From positions 29,424 through 93,423 of the forward strand of contig CAZGTU010000006.1 of the NCBI GenBank assembly GCA_964528675.1: DNA of 64,000 nt, read 5' to 3'. Position 1 is the first letter of the stretch; every line of letters begins with the position of its first letter. Under the pieces are notes generated by a model, which had not been told where the DNA came from, made no database searches, and worked only from the letters and a program-made list of their open reading frames with translations. Of this stretch, positions 18,989 to 29,504 are shown in pieces. Source of the DNA: an uncultured Bacteroidaceae bacterium (GTDB taxonomy: Bacteria; Bacteroidota; Bacteroidia; Bacteroidales; GCA-2748055). Made by a program: the position numbers and the translations under genes.

Positions 18989-19792
18989 TCAGTCTTTCTT
19001 CATAAGTTCTTCTGGAGATAATATCATCCGTTTGATATAACGGAATAATCTGCCTCCGTGTATGGCATCCACAACACGATGATCGAGTGTGCAGCTAAGA
19101 CTCATTATGCGCCTGATTTTAATTTCATCCCCGATTACAACCGGTTTTTTCTTAACACCGCCTAGAACAAAAACCATAGCTACATTAGAAACCGGAAAGA
19201 GTGCGGGATATCCTGTATCCAGACCGATGCTTCCAATATTTGATACAACAAATGAACCAAAGTTATTTGCGGTCAAACCAATGGAGGGAATCGATATCCC
19301 CCACCCTACTGTTAATTTTTTTATCAGGTTAAAAAACCAGGTTCTGAAAGGCCATGGAATGGATGAAATTTTTCCCTTCATGCGCATTGTTCTATCTTCC
19401 TTCCCTGAACGCAGGTTTTTAATTTCATCAGCGAGCTTTTCTCCTAATTCATTCAAATCCATCCTATCAAGATTTTCTATCCTCACCGAACTCATCTCCC
19501 TGTCCTGAACCAGCACACTAACCATTGCATCTATGGATTCTCTTTTAATCACCCTTCCCCTCCGGATAAAACAGTTTAATTCAGGCACTTCATCTCTTAT
19601 GGCCCGGGCAATAATTAATGTTATGATATGCGTTAGCGTGATTTTTATGCCTGATTTCCGCTTTTCGGTAATAAACTGCTCAAGCTCTGTCACATCTACC
19701 TCCACCGATCCAAATATCTTAGAATCGACCGGTTTTTTATAAATAGCGGCAGAAACTTTTCTCCAGTCAGTGTTGAACTGAGTTTCAGTCAT
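18989..19792 (-). CDS. Stand-alone 2-oxoacid dehydrogenase E2-type acyltransferase catalytic domain (no lipoyl or E3-binding domain)
   Basis: Likely start ATG 19792 (MTETQFNTDWRKV); 'ITLTHIITLIIARA', 'SFVVSNIGSIG', catalytic 'TLDHRVVDA'. Confidence 0.75.
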   Translation of the reverse strand: MTETQFNTDWRKVSAAIYKKPVDSKIFGSVEVDVTELEQFITEKRKSGIKITLTHIITLIIARAIRDEVPELNCFIRRGRVIKRESIDAMVSVLVQDREMSSVRIENLDRMDLNELGEKLADEIKNLRSGKEDRTMRMKGKISSIPWPFRTWFFNLIKKLTVGWGISIPSIGLTANNFGSFVVSNIGSIGLDTGYPALFPVSNVAMVFVLGGVKKKPVVIGDEIKIRRIMSLSCTLDHRVVDAIHGGRLFRYIKRMILSPEELMKKD

Positions 19793-20072
19793 AGATTTTT
19801 TTCGGTAAAAATAGAAATAATTTCGGGCCTGGTTAAAATCCCACTGCAATCTCCTTGCAGTGTGAAAAAAAAATAAATAATATTTCAGTTTTCGCATCGT
19901 ATTCATCAGACTTAATGTATATTATACATATTCCATTATGTATAAAATGAAAAAGGTTTAAACCATGATGCCATAAAAAGGTTATATTTATAAAGATTAT
20001 GAATTGTACCCGAAATTGACTTAAATCGATTTTTTGATATATTGCTAACTGTATTCATAAAAAACCTGTGTT

Positions 20073-21032
20073 ATGAAAAGAAGAAAATTCCTCAATTTAA
20101 CGGCATTAACAGTTCCTGCATTAACCATGTTTCCTGCCGAACTGCTATCCATTAGCAGGGAAATCGCCAAAGGAAAAATTGAAAAAAGATCGCTGGGAAA
20201 GACCGGAGAAAAACTTTCTGCAATTGGTTTCGGCGGAATTGTGGTGAAGAACGCAACACCGGAGCAGTCCTCGAGAAGGGTTTCCCAGGCCATTGATTAC
20301 GGGGTAAATTATTTTGATGTTGCTCCTACATATGGTGATGCCGAGATAAAACTTGGTCCCGCTTTAAAGCCCTACCGGAAAAATGTATTTCTTGCCTGTA
20401 AAACACAAGAGCGTAAAAAAGATGGAGCTTTAAGGGAGCTTGATCAGTCCCTGGCAAATCTTCAAACTGATTATTTCGATCTTTACCAGTTACACGCTGT
20501 AACGACCATGGATGATGTTGACACCATTTTCAGCAAAGGAGGAGCAATAGAAGCCTTTAATCAGGCGAAAAAAGAGGGGAAAGTGAACTACCTGGGATTT
20601 TCTGCACACTCGGTAGAAGCTGCCTCTGCTCTTATGGACAGGTTCGATTTTGATACTATTCTGTTCCCATTCAATTTTGCCACATGGTATGCCGGTAATT
20701 TCGGTCCCCAGGTAATGGAAACAGCAAAAGGAAAAGAAATGGGTATACTTGCGCTAAAAGCAATGGCATGGCGCCCCTGGCCCAAGGGAGTTGAAAGAGA
20801 TGTTTCCAAAGTATGGTATCAACCTCTTGATCCCGATGAGGCTAACATGGGATTGAGATTCACCCTCTCACATCCTGTTACATCGGCAATTCCCCCGGGA
20901 AATGAAGATCTTTTTGCCCTGGCGTTAAAACTCGCTGTCGATTTTAACCCCATGGATAATGAGGAGATCGCGGAAGTTAAAAAGAGAGGCATGAATACTG
21001 AACCTTTGTTTGAGTATCCGAGAAGGGGGTGA
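20073..21032 (+). CDS. Tat-exported aldo/keto reductase
   Basis: 'KRRKFL' Tat motif; 'KRSLGKTGEKLSAIGFGG', 'NYFDVAPTYG', 'FLACKT', 'DYFDLYQLH', 'LGFSAH'. Confidence 0.9.
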   Translation: MKRRKFLNLTALTVPALTMFPAELLSISREIAKGKIEKRSLGKTGEKLSAIGFGGIVVKNATPEQSSRRVSQAIDYGVNYFDVAPTYGDAEIKLGPALKPYRKNVFLACKTQERKKDGALRELDQSLANLQTDYFDLYQLHAVTTMDDVDTIFSKGGAIEAFNQAKKEGKVNYLGFSAHSVEAASALMDRFDFDTILFPFNFATWYAGNFGPQVMETAKGKEMGILALKAMAWRPWPKGVERDVSKVWYQPLDPDEANMGLRFTLSHPVTSAIPPGNEDLFALALKLAVDFNPMDNEEIAEVKKRGMNTEPLFEYPRRG

Positions 21033-21103
21033 TGGTGGGAGGATGACCATGGAGGGGAGGGTTTGATGGTTGAGATTGCAAAGTTTTGATTTTTTGAGAT
21101 CAG

Positions 21104-21163
21104 GGCTGAAGAAAGGGAACAAGGCTTGCGCCGAGGCGCAAGCCTTGTTCCCTTTCTTCAGCC
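21104..21163. repeat. Perfect 29-bp inverted repeat between convergent genes
   Basis: ggctgaagaaagggaacaaggcttgcgcc (21104-21132), 'ga', then its exact reverse complement (21135-21163). Confidence 0.9.
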
Positions 21164-21188
21164 TTGTACTCCGCATTCAAAAAACACC

Positions 21189-21216
21189 TGTCATCTCGAC
21201 CGAAGGGAGAGATCTC
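21189..21216. repeat. REP-like 'TGTCATCTCGACCGAAGGGAGAGATCTC' unit
   Basis: Resembles the widespread GTCAT(T/C)(C/T)CGA.CG(A/C)AG.GAG..ATCT small palindromic elements (recognition only). Internal atctc/gagat pairing. Confidence 0.5.
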
Positions 21217-21288
21217 CGCTGGATTTCGTGAGAAATTCAGCGCATATAATAGTGAATACCAACATTAAATTGGAACAAAGCCCCTTTC

Positions 21289-23163
21289 TCAATCAAAAAA
21301 ATTAATATACCAGTTATTCTCATCGAGGAGGTGGTTATAGATCTGATCGCGCATGTGTTCGGGGTATTTGGAAGCAACACGCTCTGCAAGGAAGGAAGGC
21401 TCATTTCTCCGCTTGGCTATCCGCATCAGATCGTAAAATCTTTCTCCTTCATAAGCCAGTTCCCGGGCTCTTTCCCTAAGAATCTCTTCTTCCAGAATTC
21501 TCTGTTTTTCTTCCAGGTTTCCTTCCAGATTAAGGTAATCAATAATTTCATTTGTGAAAGGATCATGGATATACATGATATTGGCAATTTTTATTCCATC
21601 ATTTTCACTTCCTAATCCGACCCGGCCTCTAACTCCCATCTGCTCACGCGTAACGGAAATATCATAATGACTGCCATCGTTTACAATCTTAAGAGCATTA
21701 TTTGTAGCAGTCCGGATAAGACCATTTCTATCAGCTACCCAATAGACGTATAATTCTGCCATATACAAATGAATACCGCCGGCCCTGTAAACAATGTAGT
21801 TTGCATCCTGATCAAAACGGCCTTTGTTTATTGAATATTTGTACACAACTGTGTCCACATTCTCCATTATGACATTTGCACTACGGGTGTCTTCACGAGC
21901 TTTTAAAGAAAGCATTTCCATGTATTCTCCCGTGGACAGGGCGGCTCCACCTTTCAGATACATATAGGAACTTCCGAATCCCCTGTAAAAATCACTCGGA
22001 AAACCAGCACGTGCCATTTCATGTTTAGCAGGATTGTCGTGGCTGTCATCAATGAGCTGTCCTCTCCATACTGTTTCCCAGGTAAAAATAGCAGGTTTGG
22101 AGGGTTTTAACATATAATGATGAGGTGACCAGTTCTCGAACATCGACTGAAACTCATTTTGCTGGAAGTTTGATTTATTGAACCAGATAGTATAAATATG
22201 TTCTCTATTGTCAATATTATCAAAAATATTTCGCCACTCCATATAAGCAAAACTATTATCCAGTTGATATCGGTTGTTCTCGGTAGAGTTATAAATGATC
22301 TTGCTGAAATGATTTTCTGCTTTTAACAAGTCACCCTGGGTCAAATACATATGTCCCAGAAGAGCATGCATAGCATAAGTATTCCAGATGGTAACCTCCC
22401 AGGAAATATCATTATTCTCTATATAATGATTAACACCAACAGCCTTAATCTTATTCTCAAGCTGATTGGTAAAAACATCAATTACCAGATCGAGGTCATA
22501 ATAATTCTTTTCAAGTTCAATGGGCTTATTATAAGTGGTATCGTTATAATAGCCATCTGTAGAATATTCTATATAAATACTATCCACATAAGTGCCGGAA
22601 GAAGAAATATACTGCTGAATCTCATCCATGGTAGTCAGCGATTCATGGATAAAAGGTATTTTTCCATATATTCTTACAGCATTGAAATAAGCCCATGCAC
22701 GCATACAGAGAGCCTCACCGTATAACCTGTCATAATTCGTTACAGGTTCATCAGGATCTAAAACCTCGGGATGCTCTCTTTCAAGTATTTTAATAAAATT
22801 ATTTGTGGCAGAGATCAACTTGAAGAATTTCGTGGGGGAAGCATATTTATTTGTCCTGCTTATATTCCAGTTATATATTTCTACCAGGTCAGCATCTGCA
22901 TTTTCGGTGATGGTGAGCAGATCTCCCCTTAATTCTCCCAGTACCATTAATTGTTCAACAAGATCCTGCTGAAGTCCATACATTCCCATTTCTACGGAAC
23001 GGTATTCGTACCAGTCATCATACAGTTGTTCTTCATTAATATCCAGTTCCTGTTCCGGATCAAGGAAATCTTCACATGAAGACATAAAAACCAGCGGAGC
23101 AAAGATAAAACCCGCGGTGATTACATATTTAAATAACTTTCTCATATTTGACATCATATTCAA
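21289..23163 (-). CDS. SusD/RagB-family lipoprotein (pair 2); true start may be 23154 or 23145
   Basis: Lipobox 'FMSSC'; 'LGELRGDL', 'GEALCMRAWAYFNAVRIYGKIPF', 'ILRERARELAYEGERFYDLMR'. Confidence 0.92.
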   Translation of the reverse strand: MNMMSNMRKLFKYVITAGFIFAPLVFMSSCEDFLDPEQELDINEEQLYDDWYEYRSVEMGMYGLQQDLVEQLMVLGELRGDLLTITENADADLVEIYNWNISRTNKYASPTKFFKLISATNNFIKILEREHPEVLDPDEPVTNYDRLYGEALCMRAWAYFNAVRIYGKIPFIHESLTTMDEIQQYISSSGTYVDSIYIEYSTDGYYNDTTYNKPIELEKNYYDLDLVIDVFTNQLENKIKAVGVNHYIENNDISWEVTIWNTYAMHALLGHMYLTQGDLLKAENHFSKIIYNSTENNRYQLDNSFAYMEWRNIFDNIDNREHIYTIWFNKSNFQQNEFQSMFENWSPHHYMLKPSKPAIFTWETVWRGQLIDDSHDNPAKHEMARAGFPSDFYRGFGSSYMYLKGGAALSTGEYMEMLSLKAREDTRSANVIMENVDTVVYKYSINKGRFDQDANYIVYRAGGIHLYMAELYVYWVADRNGLIRTATNNALKIVNDGSHYDISVTREQMGVRGRVGLGSENDGIKIANIMYIHDPFTNEIIDYLNLEGNLEEKQRILEEEILRERARELAYEGERFYDLMRIAKRRNEPSFLAERVASKYPEHMRDQIYNHLLDENNWYINFFD

Positions 23164-23165
23164 TT

Positions 23166-26100
23166 TTAAAATCCAACCTTAATACCTGCAATAAACTGTC
23201 GGCTCTGTGGCAGTTGTCCGTAATCCACGCCAAGATGTACATGTGAATAGGAATAAGCAAATTCAGGATCGTAACCCAGATACCGGGACAAGGTCAGTAA
23301 ATTATTGGCTGAAATATAAAACTCAGCATTTCTAAAGGTTAAAAATTCATTTGGAATGGTGTAACTTAAAGTGACATTCTTTAATCTGGCATAAGAACCA
23401 TCTTCCACCCACCGACTGGAAAAGTCGGCATTTCCCATCGGATCATTCATCAATGCCCGGGGCACAGCGGTTTCCTGACCGTTATATTGCCATCTTTTCA
23501 ATACATCCACACTTTGATTTTCAAGTCCGGTCATAGACTCATTTTGATAACGTACGTAATTAAATATTTCATTTCCTTTGGAGAAATAGACAAATGCACT
23601 GAGGGCCCATCGTTTGAAAGAGAATTTGGTGAAGAGTCCTCCAAAAAGCTCAGGAATTGAAGATCCAAGTATAGTTTTATCATAATTATTAATAACACCA
23701 TCAGGTTCTCCCTCAGGTCCTGAAATGTCTTCATATATAGCATCACCTCCACTGTAAGCCATATTTCTTTCATTCACCAGGCCTGCCTCTGCAGCTTCTT
23801 CATGAGTTGAGTAAACTCCTTTATAAACGTAGCCATAGAAACTATTCAGAGGAGCACCAACTTTGTTTATTAATTGGGCACCCTGAATATTATTAAAAAG
23901 TTGACCTCCTTTTACTTCCAGAACTTCATTTTGTACAGAAGAAATATTTGCCCGAATATCCCAGTCAAATGAATTGCCATCAATTACCCTGAGAAATGAG
24001 GACAATTCCCAGCCGTTATTCACCATTTTACCGCCATTCTCCATCCTGAAGTCATATCCAAGATAAGAATCAAGAGGTGTGAATATCAACATATTATCTG
24101 TAGTGGATTCAAAATAATTGAAAGAAGAATAAAAACGATTACCAAAGAATGAAAGATCAAATCCGAGATTCATCTTGGTAACCTCCTCATAACTCAACTG
24201 ATCATTGGTTATCACTGCCGGATAGAGACCCACTGTTTCTCTGAATTTCACCGCTTCATAATAATTGGTGGCACTGGATTCACCTATGTCATCATTCCCG
24301 GTTTTCCCATAAGAGAAACGGAATTTCAATTCTTCGAGCCAGGAATAATTCTTGAGGAAGAATTCATTGGATACACGCCATGCAGCTCCTGCCGAATAAA
24401 ACAATCCGAAAGGTTCTCCCAGAACATCCATGGTATTAATAGCATTCTCTCCGACTCTCGATGATCCATCGAGAGAAACTGTGGCATTCAACAGATATTT
24501 ATCCCTGAAAGAATAAGTGAGATATTCATAAAAAGATACCCAGTTCCAGTTGCGGTTTTCTCCACCTATCTCTCTCTGATCGTTTTGGCCATCCTGAATG
24601 GTACGGTATTCATCATTTTGATGGGCATTTTTCGTAAGTCCCCAGTCATATTCATACTGATTGATTTCGAGATGCATTCCCGTATTTGAAGAAAATACAT
24701 GATCGTTCCCTATATTCTTCCGGAAGAGTAAATAGGTGTTGTTATAAATGGAATTCAAATCATTATTGGCAGATTTTGAAACATTAATAGCCTCATCATC
24801 ATAATACATTTCCATCCCTTTATTGGGCATAAATAGATTTTCCTTCAGTATATTATAAGTCAGACTGAAATTTGAAAAGCCGGTCAGATTTTCATTTATT
24901 GCTCCTTCCAGCCCAAGGTTTGCAATAAAATTTGTATTGCTGTTTGAAGCTTCATAATTATCTATTATAGCCAGGGGATTACTTACCTGCATTTCATAAA
25001 CATTTGAAAGAATGGTTAATTCCCGTTCTTCCACATCATATTGATAAGGGTTCAGAAGTGGCGATTTTGCCAGGCTTGCCATTATCGGACTGGTTTCCGG
25101 AACGGTAGCGGCTTCCTTCAATTTTGCCAGATTATAATTCAGGGATACACCGGCATTCATTTTCAACCAGGTAAAAATATTCAACCGGCTCACAAACCTG
25201 AGGTTGTAACTCTGATAATTGGTTTCCTTTATGATCCCGTCACCATTATAATAACCAAAAGAAAGACCGTAACGAGCTATCTCATCGCCTCCTTTCAAAT
25301 TCAAATTAAGATTTGTAAAGGAAGCATCCCTGAAAACGATATCCTGCCAATTTGTATCATGTTGAAAATCGATATAATTATCATCATCCTTCGTAAGAAA
25401 CAGATTAGGATATCTTTCTTTAATTTCCTCCTCAAGCATTCCGGATGAAAAAAGCACTTCACTCATTAATGTTTTATGCTGCTGCCCATTAAGCTGTGGT
25501 ATGTATCTTTCAGGGGCAAGGGAATAGCCTGATCTTAAATCAAGTTCGATTGTGGTCTGGGTTACACTGGGATCGAGCGTTTCAATGAAAACAATACCAT
25601 TCGATCCCCTTGATCCATAACTTGCTGCAATTGTAGCATCCTTTACCACAGTGGCCTTGGAAATATCATGTGGATTTATTCCAACCAGGGGATTATAGGA
25701 ATAGCCATGAATATTGGATCCGAAAATCTCATGCGGAGTTATGGGTATGCCATCCACGATGTACAGGGGTTGATTTGAAGTATTGACAGAGTTTATTCCC
25801 CTGATATTTGTTACTGCGCCACTTGAAGGTAAGCCTGATCGCTTTATTACATTCATGCCGGTAACACGACCCTGAAAATATTCATCAAGAGTAACAGCCG
25901 GAGTATGATGCATGTTATCCACATCAACTTCCGAATACGTTGCAACTATATTTCTTTTTCTTACCGGTTGGGTCATCAGAAGAACCTGATCTTCTCCTGA
26001 AGTTACATCATCTGAGGTCAGATAGATCTTGAGCTCCTTCCTTCCACTGAGGAATATTCTCTTCTGTTTGTAATTACCGGTTGGATCGATTATTAACCAT

Positions 26101-26357
26101 TCATTGCGACCGGGCACTACCAACTCAAATCTCCCTTCTTCATCCGTTACAACAGGCATTAAAGATGAGCCTTCCACACTTACAGAAACATTTGAAAGGG
26201 GTTTATTGCTCTGGGACACAATAACCCCGCTTACCTGCAGCGAATCCTGAGAATAAGCCGAAAAGAAACATAACAGCATAATGGCCAGCAAGTTTACTCT
26301 TCGCGTTAAATCCTTGATTTTAAATAGTGTATGCATTTTATTATGGCTTTCCTTCAA
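23166..26357 (-). CDS. SusC/RagA TonB-dependent transporter (pair 2)
   Basis: N-terminal carboxypeptidase-regulatory-like extension; plug 'FQGRVTGMNV', 'IRGINS...QPLYIVDGIP', 'KDA..AASYGSRGSNGIV'; barrel; ends 'GIKVGF'. Confidence 0.95.
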   Translation of the reverse strand: MKESHNKMHTLFKIKDLTRRVNLLAIMLLCFFSAYSQDSLQVSGVIVSQSNKPLSNVSVSVEGSSLMPVVTDEEGRFELVVPGRNEWLIIDPTGNYKQKRIFLSGRKELKIYLTSDDVTSGEDQVLLMTQPVRKRNIVATYSEVDVDNMHHTPAVTLDEYFQGRVTGMNVIKRSGLPSSGAVTNIRGINSVNTSNQPLYIVDGIPITPHEIFGSNIHGYSYNPLVGINPHDISKATVVKDATIAASYGSRGSNGIVFIETLDPSVTQTTIELDLRSGYSLAPERYIPQLNGQQHKTLMSEVLFSSGMLEEEIKERYPNLFLTKDDDNYIDFQHDTNWQDIVFRDASFTNLNLNLKGGDEIARYGLSFGYYNGDGIIKETNYQSYNLRFVSRLNIFTWLKMNAGVSLNYNLAKLKEAATVPETSPIMASLAKSPLLNPYQYDVEERELTILSNVYEMQVSNPLAIIDNYEASNSNTNFIANLGLEGAINENLTGFSNFSLTYNILKENLFMPNKGMEMYYDDEAINVSKSANNDLNSIYNNTYLLFRKNIGNDHVFSSNTGMHLEINQYEYDWGLTKNAHQNDEYRTIQDGQNDQREIGGENRNWNWVSFYEYLTYSFRDKYLLNATVSLDGSSRVGENAINTMDVLGEPFGLFYSAGAAWRVSNEFFLKNYSWLEELKFRFSYGKTGNDDIGESSATNYYEAVKFRETVGLYPAVITNDQLSYEEVTKMNLGFDLSFFGNRFYSSFNYFESTTDNMLIFTPLDSYLGYDFRMENGGKMVNNGWELSSFLRVIDGNSFDWDIRANISSVQNEVLEVKGGQLFNNIQGAQLINKVGAPLNSFYGYVYKGVYSTHEEAAEAGLVNERNMAYSGGDAIYEDISGPEGEPDGVINNYDKTILGSSIPELFGGLFTKFSFKRWALSAFVYFSKGNEIFNYVRYQNESMTGLENQSVDVLKRWQYNGQETAVPRALMNDPMGNADFSSRWVEDGSYARLKNVTLSYTIPNEFLTFRNAEFYISANNLLTLSRYLGYDPEFAYSYSHVHLGVDYGQLPQSRQFIAGIKVGF

Positions 26358-26387
26358 TTTTCAATTAAATAACTTTCTCTCAAAAAT

Positions 26388-27926
26388 TTATTCATCATAA
26401 GGGATAAATTCAATATAGTCTATTACGAGTCCATTGGATAAAACATTTGCCGGGCCCTTGTATTCAAACCTGATCTCAGCATCTCCATAACCGGCTTTGT
26501 TGTCAAGCCAGCAATCCCATTTATTAAAGCCTCCCTCTGGACGGTATCGAACACCTGTGACACTCCAGAAATACTCCCTGTTTTTTACATAATCGTAATA
26601 GTCGATGGTGGCTATAAGCTCATCATTTGCATAAATTTCGTACAATCCGCCAACATACATATGCGTTCTCACAACCATCAGATATCTCCTGGGGAAAATG
26701 TTTTCAACCTTGATTGTGGCTGAAAAATCACCATCATATCCTTTTTGAAAATCAACCTTTAAAATAGAATCGTTGGAGGCCGTATTTACATATTCCCTCT
26801 GTGGTTGGGTGGCAATATCGCTGTTAATGGTAACAAGTTCTGGCAACCATGAAAACTTATTTATTCCGGTTTGTTCCATCAACCATTCCCCTTCCATCCT
26901 CACAGAACCTGTAAAAAGCGTGTCCGGGATAGAAAAATCCTGGTAGTTATAGGCATATCCATTGCTGCAAAGTGTTTTTTCAGTGGGTACATAGTCAATA
27001 ATGATACTGTCGCCCAGAACATTTTTCAACTTCACGGTATCGGTTGGCAGGGTCTTCATAAATTCCTGTGGTTCAAGCATATTTAAAAAAACTCCATTTT
27101 CCAGCAAGTAAGGAATTAAAACATCTTCCTGCCATTCATAGGGAATATCATTATAGTCCTGGTAGATATCGCCCAGAGAAAGAGCCATTTCAGTCAGAGC
27201 GTTGTTATAATCTTCTTCTTTGGGAAATACTATGGTTGCAGTTTTGTTCCTGAATTCTTCCTTTATGGGGAAAAAGAATTGCTCGAATTCATTGTATATG
27301 ATTGCAACCGTATCATATATGGTTCTTCCTTCTTCATCAAATCCAATTGGGCGACTTTCTTCCCTGTCCAGAATTATGGAATCCTGGTCATCATAATACC
27401 TCTTGAAAACAGGGTTGGTATAAGAATAATACTCATAGAGATTTGGCTTGGGTCGGGGAATCTCTCCCATTACAAAAAACTTTCCGTTTTTATATAAGGG
27501 ACTTTCAAATTCCAGGGGAATCTGGTCATAATGACTTGCACTTCCGGAACGTTCGAAAAGCGCATACTTTTCTGCAAGCGTCTGCACTTTTCTTTTTCCC
27601 CGGATATTTCCGGATTGTATATAATGATTTGATATAAGGTAGTTCAAAAATGAGCCTCCTATTGTATCCGATCCGGTAAATGAATCGAAAGCATCATTGT
27701 CAGGAATAAATAAGGTATAAGGATCGTCTTTCAGAAAAAGAGTATCATATTGATTTTCCTTAACATACTGAGTGAAAGTACTCAGATTCTCATCCTCCTG
27801 GATAGCTTCCCATACATTCTTGTTGACTGTTGGTGGAGTATTTCCGTAATGTTCCTGCCAGTCCTCTTCACATCCCGCCAGCATTATGATCAATGCGATT
27901 AATAATATCCCTTTTATTGTATCCAT
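26388..27926 (-). CDS. Fasciclin (FAS1)-domain surface lipoprotein with C-terminal beta-sandwich
   Basis: Lipobox 'MLAGC'; FAS1 motif 'YTLFIPDNDAF...YLISNH'; second FAS1-like 'TIVFPKEEDY'; C-terminal CBM-like sandwich ending 'LVIDYIEFIP'. Confidence 0.8.
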   Translation of the reverse strand: MDTIKGILLIALIIMLAGCEEDWQEHYGNTPPTVNKNVWEAIQEDENLSTFTQYVKENQYDTLFLKDDPYTLFIPDNDAFDSFTGSDTIGGSFLNYLISNHYIQSGNIRGKRKVQTLAEKYALFERSGSASHYDQIPLEFESPLYKNGKFFVMGEIPRPKPNLYEYYSYTNPVFKRYYDDQDSIILDREESRPIGFDEEGRTIYDTVAIIYNEFEQFFFPIKEEFRNKTATIVFPKEEDYNNALTEMALSLGDIYQDYNDIPYEWQEDVLIPYLLENGVFLNMLEPQEFMKTLPTDTVKLKNVLGDSIIIDYVPTEKTLCSNGYAYNYQDFSIPDTLFTGSVRMEGEWLMEQTGINKFSWLPELVTINSDIATQPQREYVNTASNDSILKVDFQKGYDGDFSATIKVENIFPRRYLMVVRTHMYVGGLYEIYANDELIATIDYYDYVKNREYFWSVTGVRYRPEGGFNKWDCWLDNKAGYGDAEIRFEYKGPANVLSNGLVIDYIEFIPYDE

Positions 27927-27932
27927 TCCTGA

Positions 27933-29501
27933 TTAATTTTTAAATGGTTCAAATCTTATATAATCCCATAGAAATCGGCCGGGTATCAGAGACTTTACCT
28001 GTATCCTGTGTTCTTCATATCTTGAAAAATCTATGGTTCCCAGTTCAATTCTTGCAAAAGGATTATCAGTACTTCCACCCGAGGACAGATCGATGAGTCC
28101 CCCCATATTTTTACCGTCGATATAAACTTCAACTACAGCATTCCCTTCATTAAAAGCTTCAGCTCCAAGGAATACATTATACTTTCCCTGGATGATCTTC
28201 GGGATATCGTAGTTAATAATAAAATCTCCATCTAATTGAAGATAATCATTACTCCATGCGGGGTGATCATCATCTGCTTCCATTACAAAGAAAAGATCTG
28301 TTCCGGAATAACTTATTACAGATAATGCCGAGGAGTCTTCAATAATGTAAGTACCTGGTTCCTGCCGGTACTCATGAAATGTAGGCTCATTGTAGAACTG
28401 ATAGGTTTGAACTGCCCTCGAAGGTTTCTGACGTCTCATTACCTGGTCTATGAAATGTATGGCACCACTCTGGGTCAATATATTGCTTTCATCATAATAA
28501 AATCCTATATAGTCAATGATGGTGGTATCTTCTTCCACCACAAGGGTATCAAATATTTGTTTGCCTTTATTAATCTTAATGTCAAGATCGGTTCCATTAA
28601 CATTAAGCGGAATCTCGGCATAAGTGCTGAAATTTGAGTTAACACCAACAAAATCATCAAGGAAATGATTCTCCTGCAGGATATGGTATCCCACATAATT
28701 ATAAAGAGGATTGGAAGGATTCGTGTAATCTGCGTCATCAGGACTTACCAGGGCGATCAAATCCTCCAGATCGTAAATTTCATTTCTGTTGTACACGGAA
28801 TCGGGTTCCACAAACATGGTAAAAGTACCCTCAATATTTTCTGATTCTTTCTGGTTGAAATCGACAGAATCGGATAAGCCGGTGGCTTCCAGTGCAGATA
28901 GGAATATAGAAAATTCTGTATGCTGCTTAAGCCAGTCATAACTTGTAAAAGTGACCGGACTTAATGCTTCACTGATTTCGTGAACGATTCCGTTGGATAA
29001 TTCTACATTTGGGAATACCACCGGAGCCTGGTTATTGATCTTATAATAAGAAGTATCCGGTTCAATAACAAAACTTACCGTCAGAAAATCCTGGGAAAGT
29101 GTATATTCAGGCAGTGCTCCGAAAGGAAAATCGTTGGAAAGTATGGCCAGGTTAATTACATGGTAGCGGCTGAAGGCCTGAACATAAGCTTTATTGCTTA
29201 GCATATCTTCAAGAGAATTAAACTGATCATTGACCTGAATGAACCTTTCGATTGCCAGATTATCGGGAAGAAAGAGAGTATAACCAATACCATCAGGGTT
29301 GTAGGCGCTCATAGTTTTGTGAATGCCTCCTTCTTCAAGGATCCTTTTAAAACTTGAAAATCTTTCTTCATTCTCCAGGATATAATCCCAGATAGTCATT
29401 TGTTCCATATCCTCGAAACCGGGGTCCACGGTAGGTTCCTCGCAGGATTGTATTCCTGCAAATAAAAGGATGGTAATTATTATGTTGAATATTCTTCTCA
29501 T
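27933..29501 (-). CDS. Tandem fasciclin-domain surface lipoprotein with C-terminal beta-sandwich
   Basis: Lipobox 'IQSC'; 'YTLFLPDNLAI...RYHVI...NGIVHEI'; 'FTMFVEPDSV...GYHIL...GAIHFID'; ends 'FLWDYIRFEP'. Confidence 0.85.
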   Translation of the reverse strand: MRRIFNIIITILLFAGIQSCEEPTVDPGFEDMEQMTIWDYILENEERFSSFKRILEEGGIHKTMSAYNPDGIGYTLFLPDNLAIERFIQVNDQFNSLEDMLSNKAYVQAFSRYHVINLAILSNDFPFGALPEYTLSQDFLTVSFVIEPDTSYYKINNQAPVVFPNVELSNGIVHEISEALSPVTFTSYDWLKQHTEFSIFLSALEATGLSDSVDFNQKESENIEGTFTMFVEPDSVYNRNEIYDLEDLIALVSPDDADYTNPSNPLYNYVGYHILQENHFLDDFVGVNSNFSTYAEIPLNVNGTDLDIKINKGKQIFDTLVVEEDTTIIDYIGFYYDESNILTQSGAIHFIDQVMRRQKPSRAVQTYQFYNEPTFHEYRQEPGTYIIEDSSALSVISYSGTDLFFVMEADDDHPAWSNDYLQLDGDFIINYDIPKIIQGKYNVFLGAEAFNEGNAVVEVYIDGKNMGGLIDLSSGGSTDNPFARIELGTIDFSRYEEHRIQVKSLIPGRFLWDYIRFEPFKN

Positions 29502-29504
29502 TGC

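Noticed and set aside
19903-19931. dif-like site (TAATGTATATTAT matches the core of E. coli dif)
   Set aside because: The normally conserved XerD arm (TTATGTTAAAT) diverges after TTAT and the XerC arm does not match; AT-rich chance similarity is likely.
21104-21163. Simple intrinsic terminator
   Set aside because: No T-run follows the stem on either strand and the stem is unusually long; reported as a repeat instead.
20925-21176. 83-aa antisense ORF spanning the 29-bp hairpin
   Set aside because: Overlaps the AKR 3' end and the palindrome; no recognisable features.
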